Shown: one piece after another, positions 48,204 through 58,145 of the stretch | How positions within the stretch are numbered: the first letter of the stretch is position 1 | Layout of the letters: the number at the start of each line of letters is the position of its first letter | NCBI GenBank assembly: GCA_945952315.1 | Contig: CAMFIE010000011.1 | Coordinates: 51,638-115,637, forward strand | Source: an uncultured Rhizobium sp. | GTDB lineage: Bacteria > Pseudomonadota > Alphaproteobacteria > Rhizobiales > Rhizobiaceae | Length of the DNA stretch: 64,000 nucleotides | Direction: 5' to 3' | Position numbers and translations under genes: made by a program | Notes under the pieces: generated by a model | Databases searched by the model: none | Told to the model about the DNA's origin: nothing | What the model saw: the letters and a program-made list of their open reading frames with translations, nothing else

Positions 48204-49413
48204 TCAATTAAGAATTCCTGCCTGACCGTCGTCGCTGGAGGCTGGCCAGAGCCACGCCGCAAGAACCAGACCGGCGACTGCAATAGCGCAAAGCACGAGC
48301 GCAGTCGATGGCAGGCCGATTTTAGCACCCAGCCATCCTGCCAGCGGATAGGTCAAAAGCCAGCAGGCATGGGACAGCGCAAACTGTGCGGCAAAGAGCG
48401 AAGGACGGTCTTGCGCAGGGGACGAACGGCGAAGGAGCCGTCCCGAAGGGGTCTGCGCCCCGGAATAACCGAGACCGATCACCAGCCAGACCACGAGCAG
48501 CCCTTCATAGGACTGGACAAAGGCAGTCGCAATGAGACCGGCGACTAGGATGCAGACACTCGCGAGCATCACGGGACGATCCGGCATGCGGTCCAGGAGC
48601 CTTGGAAGGACGAGCGCGACAAGCATCGAGCCGCCGCCGAAAGCTGCAAGGGCAAGGGCGGTCTCGTCCTGTGCGAGCCCAAGCCTCGACTGCACGAAGA
48701 CGAAGGTGTTGACGATCACCATCGAGCCAGCAGCTGCGACGCAGAGCGATATGGCAAGAAGCCCCCGCAGGCGCGGCGTGCCAAGATAGAGGCGAATGCC
48801 CCGTGTTGTCCGCTCGTAGATGCCGCGCCGCCCGGGCCTGCGCGCGCTCGGAAGCCGGACGGAAACAACAAGGGCTGCGGAAGCAAAAAAAGCCGATGAC
48901 GGTGCCTGCGAACAGCGCGTGGAACGAAATGACAGTCAGAAGTGCTGCCGCCAGCATGGGGCTGACGAGGCTTTCCAGATCATAGGCGAGACGGGACAGC
49001 GAAAGCGCCCGCGTGTAGTCCTTCTCATCGGGAAGCACGTCCGGAATGGTTGCATGAAAGGTCGGCGTGAAGGCGGCCGAAGCCGACTGGAGAACGAAGA
49101 TCAGTATATAGACCTGCCAGACTTCCGTAACGAAAGGCAGGCAGACGGCGACGGCAGCGCGAACGAGATCAAGCACAACCAGCATCGGGCGTCGCGGCAG
49201 AACCTCAGCAAAAGCCCCCGCAATCGGTGCGACACCCACATAGGCGATCATCTTGATCGCAAGCGCGGTGCCAAGGACCGCTCCCGCATGCGCGCCTGCG
49301 ATGTCATAGGCAAGAAGCCCGAGCGCGACGGTCGCGAGTCCCGTACCGATCAGGGCAATGACCTGCGCCAGAAACAGATGGCGGTAGGTGCGGTTCTTGA
49401 GGATGTCGAGCAT
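48204..49413 (-). pseudogene. MFS transporter gene interrupted by a frameshift (candidate site: T7/A7 homopolymer at about 48884..48892)
   Basis: ORF 48505..49413 has a convincing MFS N-terminal half, then becomes Arg/Cys-rich nonsense. ORF 48204..48722 in another frame encodes the C-terminal MFS half. Confidence 0.5.
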
Positions 49414-49437
49414 GTCAGCATCTTTCGCTGCCTGTCG

Positions 49438-49713
49438 TCACAGGTACTTCGTGATGGTCCGGAATTCGTCCATGGCCTGACGCTGGCTTTCGGCGAGATC
49501 ACCGACCGCGTCCTCAAGGCAGTGATCGAGATGATCCTGTATCAGCGTCCGCTTGGCGTTGCGGACGGCACTTTCGACCGCGTGCAGCTGCTGGGCGAGA
49601 TCGAGGCATGGACGGCCTTCGCCGATCATTTCGATCACGCGCCTGAGGTGCCCCTCGGCGCGGCGCAGGCGCTTTGCGATCTCGGGATGGGTTTCGTGTC
49701 GATGGTCGCTCAT
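49438..49713 (-). CDS. CsoR/RcnR/FrmR-family metal-sensing transcriptional repressor (DUF156)
   Basis: 91 aa. RcnR-type ligand set H4, C36, H61, H64 (CsoR-type reading gives C36, H61, C65). Directly upstream of the MFS gene on the same strand. Confidence 0.8.
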   Translation of the reverse strand: MSDHRHETHPEIAKRLRRAEGHLRRVIEMIGEGRPCLDLAQQLHAVESAVRNAKRTLIQDHLDHCLEDAVGDLAESQRQAMDEFRTITKYL

Positions 49714-49919
49714 GGCATGACCCTATCCTCCCGGGGAGGATGTTTCAACAGCGGATCTCGCGCCCGGAAACGGACAGATCAGTCGAGACCAAAGCCTGCC
49801 GCGTCTTGTCGCAAAGCCCTGGACGTTCGCCGTCGGCGCCGTATTTTGGCCTCCCTTCCTTAAGCAGAAATCAGGGAATTCTCCCTAAGCTAGACCCCTG
49901 TTGTGACCATGAGGGGCAT

Positions 49920-51884
49920 ATGTGCGGTTTTTCCGGTTATCTCGGCCATGTGGACGCGCCGGATAGAACACTGGTGGCAATGGCGGATGCTATCGCCCAC
50001 CGGGGGCCGGATGGCCGTGGCTTCTTTCATGCGGACCGCAAGGGAAGAACGCCCGGCGTGGGGCTTGCCCATGTGCGACTGGCGATCATCGATCCGTCCG
50101 ACAGTCTCCAGCCGATGCTTTCTGCCGATGGCACCCTCGCGCTGGCCTTCAATGGCGAAATCTTCAACTATACGGAGCTGCGACAGGACCTGATCGCACG
50201 CGGTCACACCTTCAGAACCTCCGGCGATACCGAGGTTCTGCTCAAGCTCTATGAAGAGATGGGCGAGGCCTGCCTCAGCCGTCTCAATGGCGACTTCGCA
50301 TTCGCGATCTGGGATGGCCGACGCAAATGCCTGTTTCTGGCCCGCGACCGGATGGGGGTGAGGCCGCTTTTCTATACGCGGCATGGCGGAACCTTCTACT
50401 TTGCCTCCGAAGCCAAGGCGCTGCTTACCGTGCCGGGCATCGGCTGCGATCTTGATCTGATCGCGCTCGACCAGATCTTCACGCTTTGGTCCCCGATCGG
50501 GCAAAGGACTGCCTTTTCCGGCATCTCGGAACTGGAACCGGGAACCTTCCTGCGCGCCGATGCATCCGGCGAGCGGATCGACTCCTACTGGCAGCTCGAT
50601 TTTCCCGACGCGGCGGATGCTTTTCGCGACACGGGCGATCCAGATGCGAGCCTCGAGCAACTGAACGATCTTCTTGTCGATGCCACGCGGATCCGCCTGC
50701 GTGCCGATGTTCCGGTCGGCGCCTGTCTTTCCGGCGGACTGGATTCCTCGCTCGTCGCCGCACTCGCGGCTGAGCACGCGCCGCAGGGATTGCGCACATT
50801 TTCCATCGCCTTCGACACGCCGGAGCATGATGAAAGTGCCTTCCAGCAGCAGATGGCTCTCCATCTCGGCGTTTCCAATGACACGGTCAACTGCTCAGGC
50901 GGGGATATCGCTTCTGTCTTCCCGCAGGTGATCCGGCTGGCGGAAAAGCCGCTGATCCGCACGGCACCCGCGCCGATGCTGAAGCTTTCCGCACTCATCC
51001 GGGAGAATGGCATCAAGGTGGTGCTGACCGGCGAAGGTGCCGACGAGGTGTTCGCGGGCTACGACATTTTCAAGGAGGCGCGGGTCCGGCGTTTCTGCGC
51101 GCGTCAGCCCGGTTCCCGGCTGCGGCCGCTTTTGTTCCGCAGGCTTTACCCCTATCTTCCGGGTCTCCAGAAGCAGTCTGCCGCCAGTCTTGCCGCCTTT
51201 TTCGGGGCGCATGCAAGCGCTGACGATGACCCGCTGTTCTCGCACCGGCCCCGGATCGCCAACACGGCGGGCGCCAAACTGTTCTTCTCCGACGACCTGA
51301 AGGCACGCCTTGGCGCCTATGATGCCGCTGAAGACCTGATTTCCCTTTTGCCGGAACGCTTTTCCCGCTGGCATCCGCTGCATCAGGCGCAGTATCTCGA
51401 AACCCGTTTCCTGCTGCCGGGTTACATCCTCTCCAGCCAGGGCGACCGCATGGCCATGGGCAATGGCGTCGAAGGCCGGTTCCCCTTCCTTGATCACCGA
51501 CTGGTGGAATTTGCTGCCAAACTGCCTCCGGAACTGAAACTGAGGGGGCTCGAAGAAAAGTATCTTCTGCGCAAGGCAGCCAGCGGGCGGCTGCCCGCAT
51601 CGATCATCAACCGGGTGAAGCAACCCTATCGCGCACCGGACAGCAAGGCCTTCCTCGGCGGTACCGGGAGCGACTATGTGCGCAGCCAGTTCGATCCCGT
51701 CCGACTGAAAGCGCAGGGTCTTTTTAACCCTGCGTCTACCGGAAAACTTTATGAAAAATGTGCAACCTCCGAGGCTCCCGGCTTTCGGGCAGATACAGCC
51801 TTTGTCGGCATTCTGTCCACGGGCCTTTGGCTGGAGGCATTCAGGGCAACGAGCAAACCGACCGCTGCCGGTCTGGCAGCCTGA
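49920..51884 (+). CDS. Asparagine synthetase B-like glutamine amidotransferase (class II, N-terminal Cys nucleophile)
   Basis: Starts MCGFSGYLG (Cys2 nucleophile). PP-loop SGGLDSS in CLSGGLDSSLVAAL. RBS GAGGGG before ATG 49920. 654 aa. Confidence 0.8.
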   Translation: MCGFSGYLGHVDAPDRTLVAMADAIAHRGPDGRGFFHADRKGRTPGVGLAHVRLAIIDPSDSLQPMLSADGTLALAFNGEIFNYTELRQDLIARGHTFRTSGDTEVLLKLYEEMGEACLSRLNGDFAFAIWDGRRKCLFLARDRMGVRPLFYTRHGGTFYFASEAKALLTVPGIGCDLDLIALDQIFTLWSPIGQRTAFSGISELEPGTFLRADASGERIDSYWQLDFPDAADAFRDTGDPDASLEQLNDLLVDATRIRLRADVPVGACLSGGLDSSLVAALAAEHAPQGLRTFSIAFDTPEHDESAFQQQMALHLGVSNDTVNCSGGDIASVFPQVIRLAEKPLIRTAPAPMLKLSALIRENGIKVVLTGEGADEVFAGYDIFKEARVRRFCARQPGSRLRPLLFRRLYPYLPGLQKQSAASLAAFFGAHASADDDPLFSHRPRIANTAGAKLFFSDDLKARLGAYDAAEDLISLLPERFSRWHPLHQAQYLETRFLLPGYILSSQGDRMAMGNGVEGRFPFLDHRLVEFAAKLPPELKLRGLEEKYLLRKAASGRLPASIINRVKQPYRAPDSKAFLGGTGSDYVRSQFDPVRLKAQGLFNPASTGKLYEKCATSEAPGFRADTAFVGILSTGLWLEAFRATSKPTAAGLAA

Positions 51885-51896
51885 TACTGGAGTAAT

Positions 51897-52169
51897 ATGA
51901 TGAGCACCGTCTTCGCGTCCTTCGTTCGTGCATTCATTGTTGAAAGCTTCCTGTTCGGTGATGCATCCGCAGCGCCTGCGGACGGAGAGTCGCTGATTGC
52001 CGCAGGCATCATCGATTCCACCGGCGTTCTCGAACTGGTCGCCTTTGTCGAAGATTGTTTCAGCGTCACGGTCGAGGATGCCGACATCACGCCGGAAAAT
52101 CTTGATTCCATCGAAGCCATCGCGACTTACATCCAGAAAAAGTCCGGGCGCGCGCCGCTTGCCGCTTAA
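51897..52169 (+). CDS. Acyl/peptidyl carrier protein
   Basis: Phosphopantetheine attachment motif GIIDSTGVLELVAFVE; 90 aa. Confidence 0.7.
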   Translation: MMSTVFASFVRAFIVESFLFGDASAAPADGESLIAAGIIDSTGVLELVAFVEDCFSVTVEDADITPENLDSIEAIATYIQKKSGRAPLAA

Positions 52170-52193
52170 GGCGCAGACGCGGGGAGACGGACC

Positions 52194-53741
52194 ATGCGGG
52201 TGGAAACCTTCCTGGCGAGCAGTGCGCAACACGATCCGGACCGGATTGCCATCATCGCAGGGGATCAGCGGCTGAGCTATCGCGACTTTCATGCGAAGGC
52301 GCGCGCGCTTGCCGGGCATCTTGCCGCCCATGGCGTTGCGCGCAATGACCGCGTGCTTGTCTTCATGGACAATTGCTGGGAAGCGGCGGTTGCCATTTTT
52401 GCGACCCTTTGCGCCGGGGCGACGTTCAGCCCGATCAATGCCTCGACCAAGGCCGGAAAGCTTGCCTACATCATCGGCAATTGCGAACCGCGCGCCATCA
52501 TCACCCAGGCCCGCCTGCTGCCGATTGTCGAAGAGGCCCGCATCCTGTCCGGCCAGAGCACTCTTCATGTCGTCTCCGCGGACGGCAGGGCGGGCGCTCC
52601 GGAAGGTGTCACCTCTCTGACGCAGGCGATGATGGCCGATCCCGTTGACCCTGCGCATCACGGCACGGATGACGATCTCGCCATGCTGATCTACACGTCA
52701 GGCTCAACCGGGCAACCGAAGGGCGTGATGATGACCCACCGCAATATCGATGCGGCATCGGGATCGATCATCACCTATCTTCGGATGCAAGCGGACGACA
52801 TCATCCTCAACGTGCTGCCGCTCGCCTTTGACTATGGCCTTTACCAGTTGCTGATGTGCGTGAGGCTTGGCGCGACACTGGTGCTTGAAAAGTCGTTCGC
52901 CTTTCCTCGCGCCATCTTCGACATCATGCGCCGGGAACGGGTAACGGGTCTGCCGCTGGTTCCCACCATGGCCGCGCTGATCCTGCGGATGCAGGATCTA
53001 GAACCGGGCTTTCTGCCCGACCTGCGCTTTCTCACCAACACGGCGGCCGCCTTGCCGGAAGATCACATTGCCCGGCTTTCGGCGCTTTTCCCCGATGCCC
53101 GGCTCTATTCCATGTACGGGCTGACCGAATGCAAGCGCTGCACCTATCTGCCGCCGGAAGAGCTTCACCGCCGCCCGGGTTCGGTCGGCATCGCCATTCC
53201 GGGCACGGAGGCCGTTGTCGTCGATGAGAATGGCGTACCGGTCGCGCCCGGAGTTACCGGTGAGCTGGTCATCCGGGGGCCGCACGTGATGCAGGGATAC
53301 TGGCGCGATGAAGCCGCAACGCAAGCCGCGCTGAAGCCCGGCAAGGGCCCGGGTGAACGGCAACTGCATACCGGTGATCTGTTTCGGGTGGACGAGGACG
53401 GGTTCCTTTACTTCGTCGGCCGGAAGGATGACATCATCAAGACCCGGGGTGAGAAGGTCGCGCCCAAGGAGGTGGAGGCGGTGCTTTATGCCCTGCCCGG
53501 CATCGCCGAGGCCGTGGTTGTCGGTCTTGCCGATCCCGTTCTTGGCCAGGCGATTGCCGCACTTGTGGTTTCAGACCGTGACGATCTGACCGCGCGGGAC
53601 ATACAGGCGCATTGTGCGCGGCACCTCGAGGACTTCATGGTTCCCGCTGCTGTCGAATTCCGGACATCCCTTCCGCGCACCGACACGGGGAAAGTCAGCC
53701 GCAGGCTCGCCGCCGAGATGATGAAGGAGAGGACCCTGTGA
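52194..53741 (+). CDS. AMP-dependent synthetase/ligase (adenylate-forming enzyme, likely loading the adjacent carrier protein)
   Basis: AMP-binding motifs IYTSGSTGQPKGV, YGLTEC, TGDLFRVDEDGFLYFVGRKDDIIKTRGEKV. Confidence 0.8.
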   Translation: MRVETFLASSAQHDPDRIAIIAGDQRLSYRDFHAKARALAGHLAAHGVARNDRVLVFMDNCWEAAVAIFATLCAGATFSPINASTKAGKLAYIIGNCEPRAIITQARLLPIVEEARILSGQSTLHVVSADGRAGAPEGVTSLTQAMMADPVDPAHHGTDDDLAMLIYTSGSTGQPKGVMMTHRNIDAASGSIITYLRMQADDIILNVLPLAFDYGLYQLLMCVRLGATLVLEKSFAFPRAIFDIMRRERVTGLPLVPTMAALILRMQDLEPGFLPDLRFLTNTAAALPEDHIARLSALFPDARLYSMYGLTECKRCTYLPPEELHRRPGSVGIAIPGTEAVVVDENGVPVAPGVTGELVIRGPHVMQGYWRDEAATQAALKPGKGPGERQLHTGDLFRVDEDGFLYFVGRKDDIIKTRGEKVAPKEVEAVLYALPGIAEAVVVGLADPVLGQAIAALVVSDRDDLTARDIQAHCARHLEDFMVPAAVEFRTSLPRTDTGKVSRRLAAEMMKERTL

Positions 53742-54742
53742 CCACAAAACCGTTCGGGAACGGCGAGGCACCCTATGGGCCGCATGTCTTCGCCATTGAT
53801 GCGGAAGCGGAAACGGCGCGCATCGTAAAGGGACTGCGCCAACAGCTGAAAGACCAGCGGAAGCGGGGGCTGGTGCTCGGCTTGTCTGGCGGCATCGATT
53901 CCAGCGTCTGTCTTGCCCTTGCCGTGCGGGCGGTTGGAGAAAAAAATGTCTGCGCGCTCTACATGCCGGAAGCGGATTCGGATCCCGAAAGCCTGGAGCT
54001 CGGTCAGCTGGTGGCCCGGACGTTTGGTGTCGAGGGCATCATCGAGGACATAGCGGAGCCACTTGCCGCTATGGGCTGCTATCGGCGGCGCGATACGTTC
54101 ATCCGCGATGTGGTGCCGGACTACGGCGCGGGCTGGGCATCGAAAATCGTGATTTCGGATGCGCTGCAGGGTGGCTTCAGCATTTCCTATCTGGTGGTCG
54201 CCGATCCTTCAGGCAACCAGACCCGCCACCGCCTGCCGCTTGCAACCTATCTCGGCATCGTGGCCGCATCCAACATGAAGCAGCGGACGCGGAAACAGTT
54301 CGAGTATTTCCATGCCGACCGGCTGAACTTCGCGGTTCTCGGAACGCCGAACCGGCTGGAATATGATCAGGGCTTCTTCGTCAAGAACGGTGACGGGGCC
54401 GCCGACGTCAAGCCGATCGCCCATCTTTACAAGAGCGAGGTCTATGCGCTCGCAAACCATCTCGGCGTGCCGGAAAAGATCCGCAAGCGGCCGCCGACAA
54501 CCGATACCTATTCTCTGGCGCAGACACAGGAAGAGTTTTATTTCTCGCTGCCCTGGGACCGCATGGATCTTTGCCTCTACGGCATGAATCACGGTATTCC
54601 CGCCGGTGATATCGGACAGGCCGCCGGGCTGACTGTGGAAGAGGTCGAGCGGGTGTTTGCAGATATCCGGTCGAAGCGACGCGCGACACGCTATCTGCAT
54701 CAGCCGCCGCTGCTCATCGAACCCGTTGCGGAAATTGCCTGA
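53738..54742 (+). CDS. NAD+ synthetase (NadE)-family PP-loop ATP pyrophosphatase / amidating enzyme
   Basis: PP-loop LGLSGGIDSSV; GTG start overlapping the upstream stop (GTGA); about 335 aa. Confidence 0.65.
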   Translation: MTTKPFGNGEAPYGPHVFAIDAEAETARIVKGLRQQLKDQRKRGLVLGLSGGIDSSVCLALAVRAVGEKNVCALYMPEADSDPESLELGQLVARTFGVEGIIEDIAEPLAAMGCYRRRDTFIRDVVPDYGAGWASKIVISDALQGGFSISYLVVADPSGNQTRHRLPLATYLGIVAASNMKQRTRKQFEYFHADRLNFAVLGTPNRLEYDQGFFVKNGDGAADVKPIAHLYKSEVYALANHLGVPEKIRKRPPTTDTYSLAQTQEEFYFSLPWDRMDLCLYGMNHGIPAGDIGQAAGLTVEEVERVFADIRSKRRATRYLHQPPLLIEPVAEIA

Positions 54743-54755
54743 GCGGACAGACGTT

Positions 54756-55862
54756 TCAGTCGAGATCGCCGCCGAAGAAGCGGTTCCAGCTTTCCCCCGC
54801 CAGCCCGTTTATGAAACAATCCCCTTCGGAGAACCGTTTCACGAGTTCCGTATCCCTGGCATGGATCACGCTTGCTGAAACACTGGTAAAAATCATCGGG
54901 CGGCGTGTTGCAGCCTTGAGGATGCCACTGCTGCTGCGGCCCCGCACGGCGCTGGCTCCGCGCGCGAAGGCATGGGCAAACAGCTGGTCCAGCACAAGCC
55001 CGTAATGCTCCGGTTCCGAAAGCAGCTGCAGGACACGCGCGATCCCGCCCGGCTTTGAATGATAGAGGAACCCGCCAAGGATTGCTCCCGATTTCTGGCG
55101 CACCAGCGCAAGCGCCGGGTCTCCGAATGCCGGCTTTTCCATTGCGGTTTCCAGCACATGGTCGAGATATCCATGGCTCCAGTCTGGCCGGGCTGCTTGC
55201 CTTTCACTGAAAGCGCGTACCGCATCGCCGAACTCGGTCCTGCTGCAGGTCTGGGTCGAGATTGCCGCCGGAGCGGGTTCCGGTCTGAAACCGAGGAGGC
55301 TCTCACCAAACGTCCTTCTGCTGAAAAGCGCATCCACGCCGCGGGCAAGCCCGCCGAACAACCGCAACGGGGGCAACCAGCGGGAAGCGGCCGTCAGCAG
55401 GAAGCCTGACGGACGCAGAACGCGGAACCAGTCCAGACTGAAATCCGGCAGATTATCCCCCCGCACTTTTTGCCACATGGCCTGCGAGACGGGGCTTGCG
55501 GTCTCGCTCATGGACACGTCCTGCGGCCCCGCCAGGAAGGCCTTCAGAAGACGCGCGCCCGCGAGCGGATCGCGGTCTTTCTCCTCGGTCATCAGGGCAC
55601 CGCAGAAGGCCGCACGCACGCGGCGCCCGTCGATCACATAAGGAACGGTGTGAACCCCGATGAACCCGGTTATGCGGCCGTCCGATGTGACATGCACCAG
55701 AGAGGGAATATCCGGTTCGCGATAGGGCCCATCCAGATAGAATTCCCGGAAATAGGCGCGAAGGGCGTTCGAAGGCGCCTTGCGCTCGTGTCGCAGCAGC
55801 CTGTTGAAAAGCGTCGCAACCTGATCGAGATCATGCGCCGCAAGCGGTCTGACGAGGCTCAT
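54756..55862 (-). CDS. FemAB-like / GNAT-fold acyltransferase family protein (Acetyltransf_6-like)
   Basis: 368 aa; weak GNAT-like features. Assignment by context and length similarity to exosortase-associated FemAB-like proteins. Translationally coupled (ATGA) to the upstream methyltransferase gene. Confidence 0.4.
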   Translation of the reverse strand: MSLVRPLAAHDLDQVATLFNRLLRHERKAPSNALRAYFREFYLDGPYREPDIPSLVHVTSDGRITGFIGVHTVPYVIDGRRVRAAFCGALMTEEKDRDPLAGARLLKAFLAGPQDVSMSETASPVSQAMWQKVRGDNLPDFSLDWFRVLRPSGFLLTAASRWLPPLRLFGGLARGVDALFSRRTFGESLLGFRPEPAPAAISTQTCSRTEFGDAVRAFSERQAARPDWSHGYLDHVLETAMEKPAFGDPALALVRQKSGAILGGFLYHSKPGGIARVLQLLSEPEHYGLVLDQLFAHAFARGASAVRGRSSSGILKAATRRPMIFTSVSASVIHARDTELVKRFSEGDCFINGLAGESWNRFFGGDLD

Positions 55863-56590
55863 GGCCGGGTTCCACCTGTAAATCTTGCCACCGCCACGCG
55901 GTCGTGCCCTTCCGCATCCTGTACGAAGTCGAGCGGCTCGAAAACCGCGCTGCGGCTCAGCAGCAGGCGTGCCTGCCGGTCCTGACCGTGACCGAACTCA
56001 AACAGAAGATAGCCGCCCTGTTTCAGATAGGAAGGCGCCTCGCGCACCAGCCGTTGAAGAATGGAAATGCCGTAAGGCCCGCCGTCGAAGGCCTCGCGCG
56101 GGTCCTCTTCCATCAGACTTGCGCTTTCGCCCATGAGCTTGGCCGTTGAAATATAGGGCGGATTGCAAACGATGATCGCAGCCCGATCGTCACCGACGGC
56201 CTGCTCAAGCGCCTGGAAAAGATCCCCCTGAAAGACCTGAACCCGGTCTTGAAGCCCAAGCTGCTCCGCATTCCGTCGCGCTGTCGCAACAGCATCTGCA
56301 CCGAGATCCGCCGCCAGGACCCTTGCATCGGCGCGCGCGCGCGCCAGCACACAGGTCAGATTGCCAGACCCGCAACACATGTCGATGACGAGCGGTGACC
56401 GCTCGCTGATCTGACCGAGAAGCCCGACGGCCCGCTCTCCCAAGAGCGCGGTTTCCGCCCGCGGTGCAAAGACCGCCCCGTCCAGCCGTAGTTCCAATCC
56501 CATGAATAGGTGTTTTTCGCCGCGTCGCATGCCTGTCTCGGTGCTTTTTGGACTGAATTCGAAACCGGGGACATAATATCCTGAAATCAT
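55859..56590 (-). CDS. Class I SAM-dependent methyltransferase with NPPY motif (HemK/PrmC-like N-methyltransferase family)
   Basis: SAM motif IDMCCGSGNLT, catalytic IVCNPPYIS; 243 aa. Confidence 0.7.
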   Translation of the reverse strand: MISGYYVPGFEFSPKSTETGMRRGEKHLFMGLELRLDGAVFAPRAETALLGERAVGLLGQISERSPLVIDMCCGSGNLTCVLARARADARVLAADLGADAVATARRNAEQLGLQDRVQVFQGDLFQALEQAVGDDRAAIIVCNPPYISTAKLMGESASLMEEDPREAFDGGPYGISILQRLVREAPSYLKQGGYLLFEFGHGQDRQARLLLSRSAVFEPLDFVQDAEGHDRVAVARFTGGTRP

Positions 56591-57062
56591 TTCATTTTCA
56601 GAAATCCGGGAACATTGAATTCAATCAACAAGAAGCAGAAAGCCCTGATTTGTGCCAGGGATCCCTGGAAGGGCAGAAACCGCCGCCGTTCCGCCGACCT
56701 GCCCCCTTGCCGACGGTTGCTCCATTCCTCCATTTTTGCCGGGGCAACGTCAAGGCGCATGAATTCGGGGGGCAGCCGACTTCGAACATCTCGGCGCTCC
56801 GGCAGGTCTCCGGCGTAAATTGCATGTCTATTCGGGATTTTGATCCGGGCACCGCGCGCTAGGCGCGCCGGGGCGGGCAGGAGGTCAACCCATGCCGTCA
56901 TGCAGGGATTGAAGGATGCGCCTCGAAATAAGCGACGCTCATGAAGCCATCAATGCAACTCATTTCACCTCGCGAGACCCCTCTAATAGCGTTCACCCAG
57001 CCAAATAGCTTCCCATAGCGGAGACGCGGCCTCGAAAAAAACGACAATCAGAGGGAACAACA

Positions 57063-58112
57063 ATGAAATTCTATCGCAAATTCGGGATGATTTCTGCCTT
57101 TGCCCTTGCCCTGCCAATGATGGCGGGCACAGCGCTTGCCGGGTCGTCGCTCACCGTCATGAGCTTTGGCGGCGCCTATCAGGATGCCCAGCGCAAGGCC
57201 GTGTTCGAGCCCTTCGCGGCGGCATCGGGCGCCAAGATTTCCGAACAGGAATATGGCGGAGAGATTGCCAAAATCAAGGCGATGATCGACAGCGGCAATG
57301 TCACGATCGATGCCGTCGACGTGGATGCGCCAACCCTGCTGCAGGGGTGCGATGAAGGAATTTTCGAAACCATCGACTGGTCCGTAATTGGCGACAAAAG
57401 CGAATGGATCGACGGAACAACGTCCGACTGCGGCGTCGGCACCATCGTCTACGCTACAATTCTTGCCTATGACGGGGCGAAGATGAAGGATGGTCCCAAA
57501 ACCATCGCCGATCTCTTCGACACGACAAAATATCCCGGCAAGCGCGGCCTTTGGAAAAACCCGGCGACCAATCTCGAATTTGCGCTGCTCGCCGATGGGG
57601 TACCGGCCGGCGAGGTATACAAGACGCTCGCGACCGCAGAAGGCCAGGATCGCGCGTTCAGGAAGCTCGACAGCATCAAGAAGGACATTGTCTGGTGGGA
57701 AGCCGGCGCTCAGGCCCCGCAACTTCTTGCGTCAGGAGAAGTTGCGCTGACCACCGCCTGGAATGGCCGCATCTTCAATGCAAACAAGGAGGGGCATGAT
57801 TTCCGCATCGTCTGGGACAACCAGATCCTCGATTCCAACTATTGGGCGATCCCGAAGGGCGTCAAGGACAAGGCCGCTGCCATGGACTTCGTCAAGTTCG
57901 CGGCCGATCCGAAGAACCTCGCTGCGATGACCAAATACATTCCCTACGGACCGGTGCGCAAGACAGCGGCAGAATTCGTGGCCAAGGAGGATGCCGCGAA
58001 CCTGCCGACCAGCCCCGCCAACATGACCATCGCACTGACGCTGGACAATGGCTTCTGGGCCGATCACGGCGATGAAATCCGCAAGCGCTTTACCACCTGG
58101 CTTGCCCAGTAA
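57063..58112 (+). CDS. Polyamine-type (PotD/PotF family) ABC transporter substrate-binding protein
   Basis: Signal peptide, PotF-like fold-family motifs (VMSFGGAYQD, WNGRIFNANKEG). First gene of a four-gene operon. Confidence 0.8.
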   Translation: MKFYRKFGMISAFALALPMMAGTALAGSSLTVMSFGGAYQDAQRKAVFEPFAAASGAKISEQEYGGEIAKIKAMIDSGNVTIDAVDVDAPTLLQGCDEGIFETIDWSVIGDKSEWIDGTTSDCGVGTIVYATILAYDGAKMKDGPKTIADLFDTTKYPGKRGLWKNPATNLEFALLADGVPAGEVYKTLATAEGQDRAFRKLDSIKKDIVWWEAGAQAPQLLASGEVALTTAWNGRIFNANKEGHDFRIVWDNQILDSNYWAIPKGVKDKAAAMDFVKFAADPKNLAAMTKYIPYGPVRKTAAEFVAKEDAANLPTSPANMTIALTLDNGFWADHGDEIRKRFTTWLAQ

Positions 58113-58145
58113 AGCCTGACGGATTGGACAAGGGAGGAAGACGAG

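Noticed and set aside
48820-49863. 347-aa + strand ORF across the MFS/rcnR region
   Set aside because: Antisense shadow; the minus strand encodes the recognisable MFS halves and the CsoR/RcnR-family repressor.
50895-52661. 588-aa antisense ORF across the asnB-like/ACP/ligase genes
   Set aside because: Spans three well-supported + strand genes in one reverse frame; composition artefact.
56591-57062. Small ORFs (56587..56901 -, 56615..56818 +, 56625..56852 -, 56650..56862 +) in the leader of the polyamine-type operon
   Set aside because: Mutually overlapping in several frames with no RBS and odd composition; more likely untranslated leader or regulatory DNA. The GCGCGC-tag-GCGCGC palindrome at about 56857..56871 is noted but unassigned.
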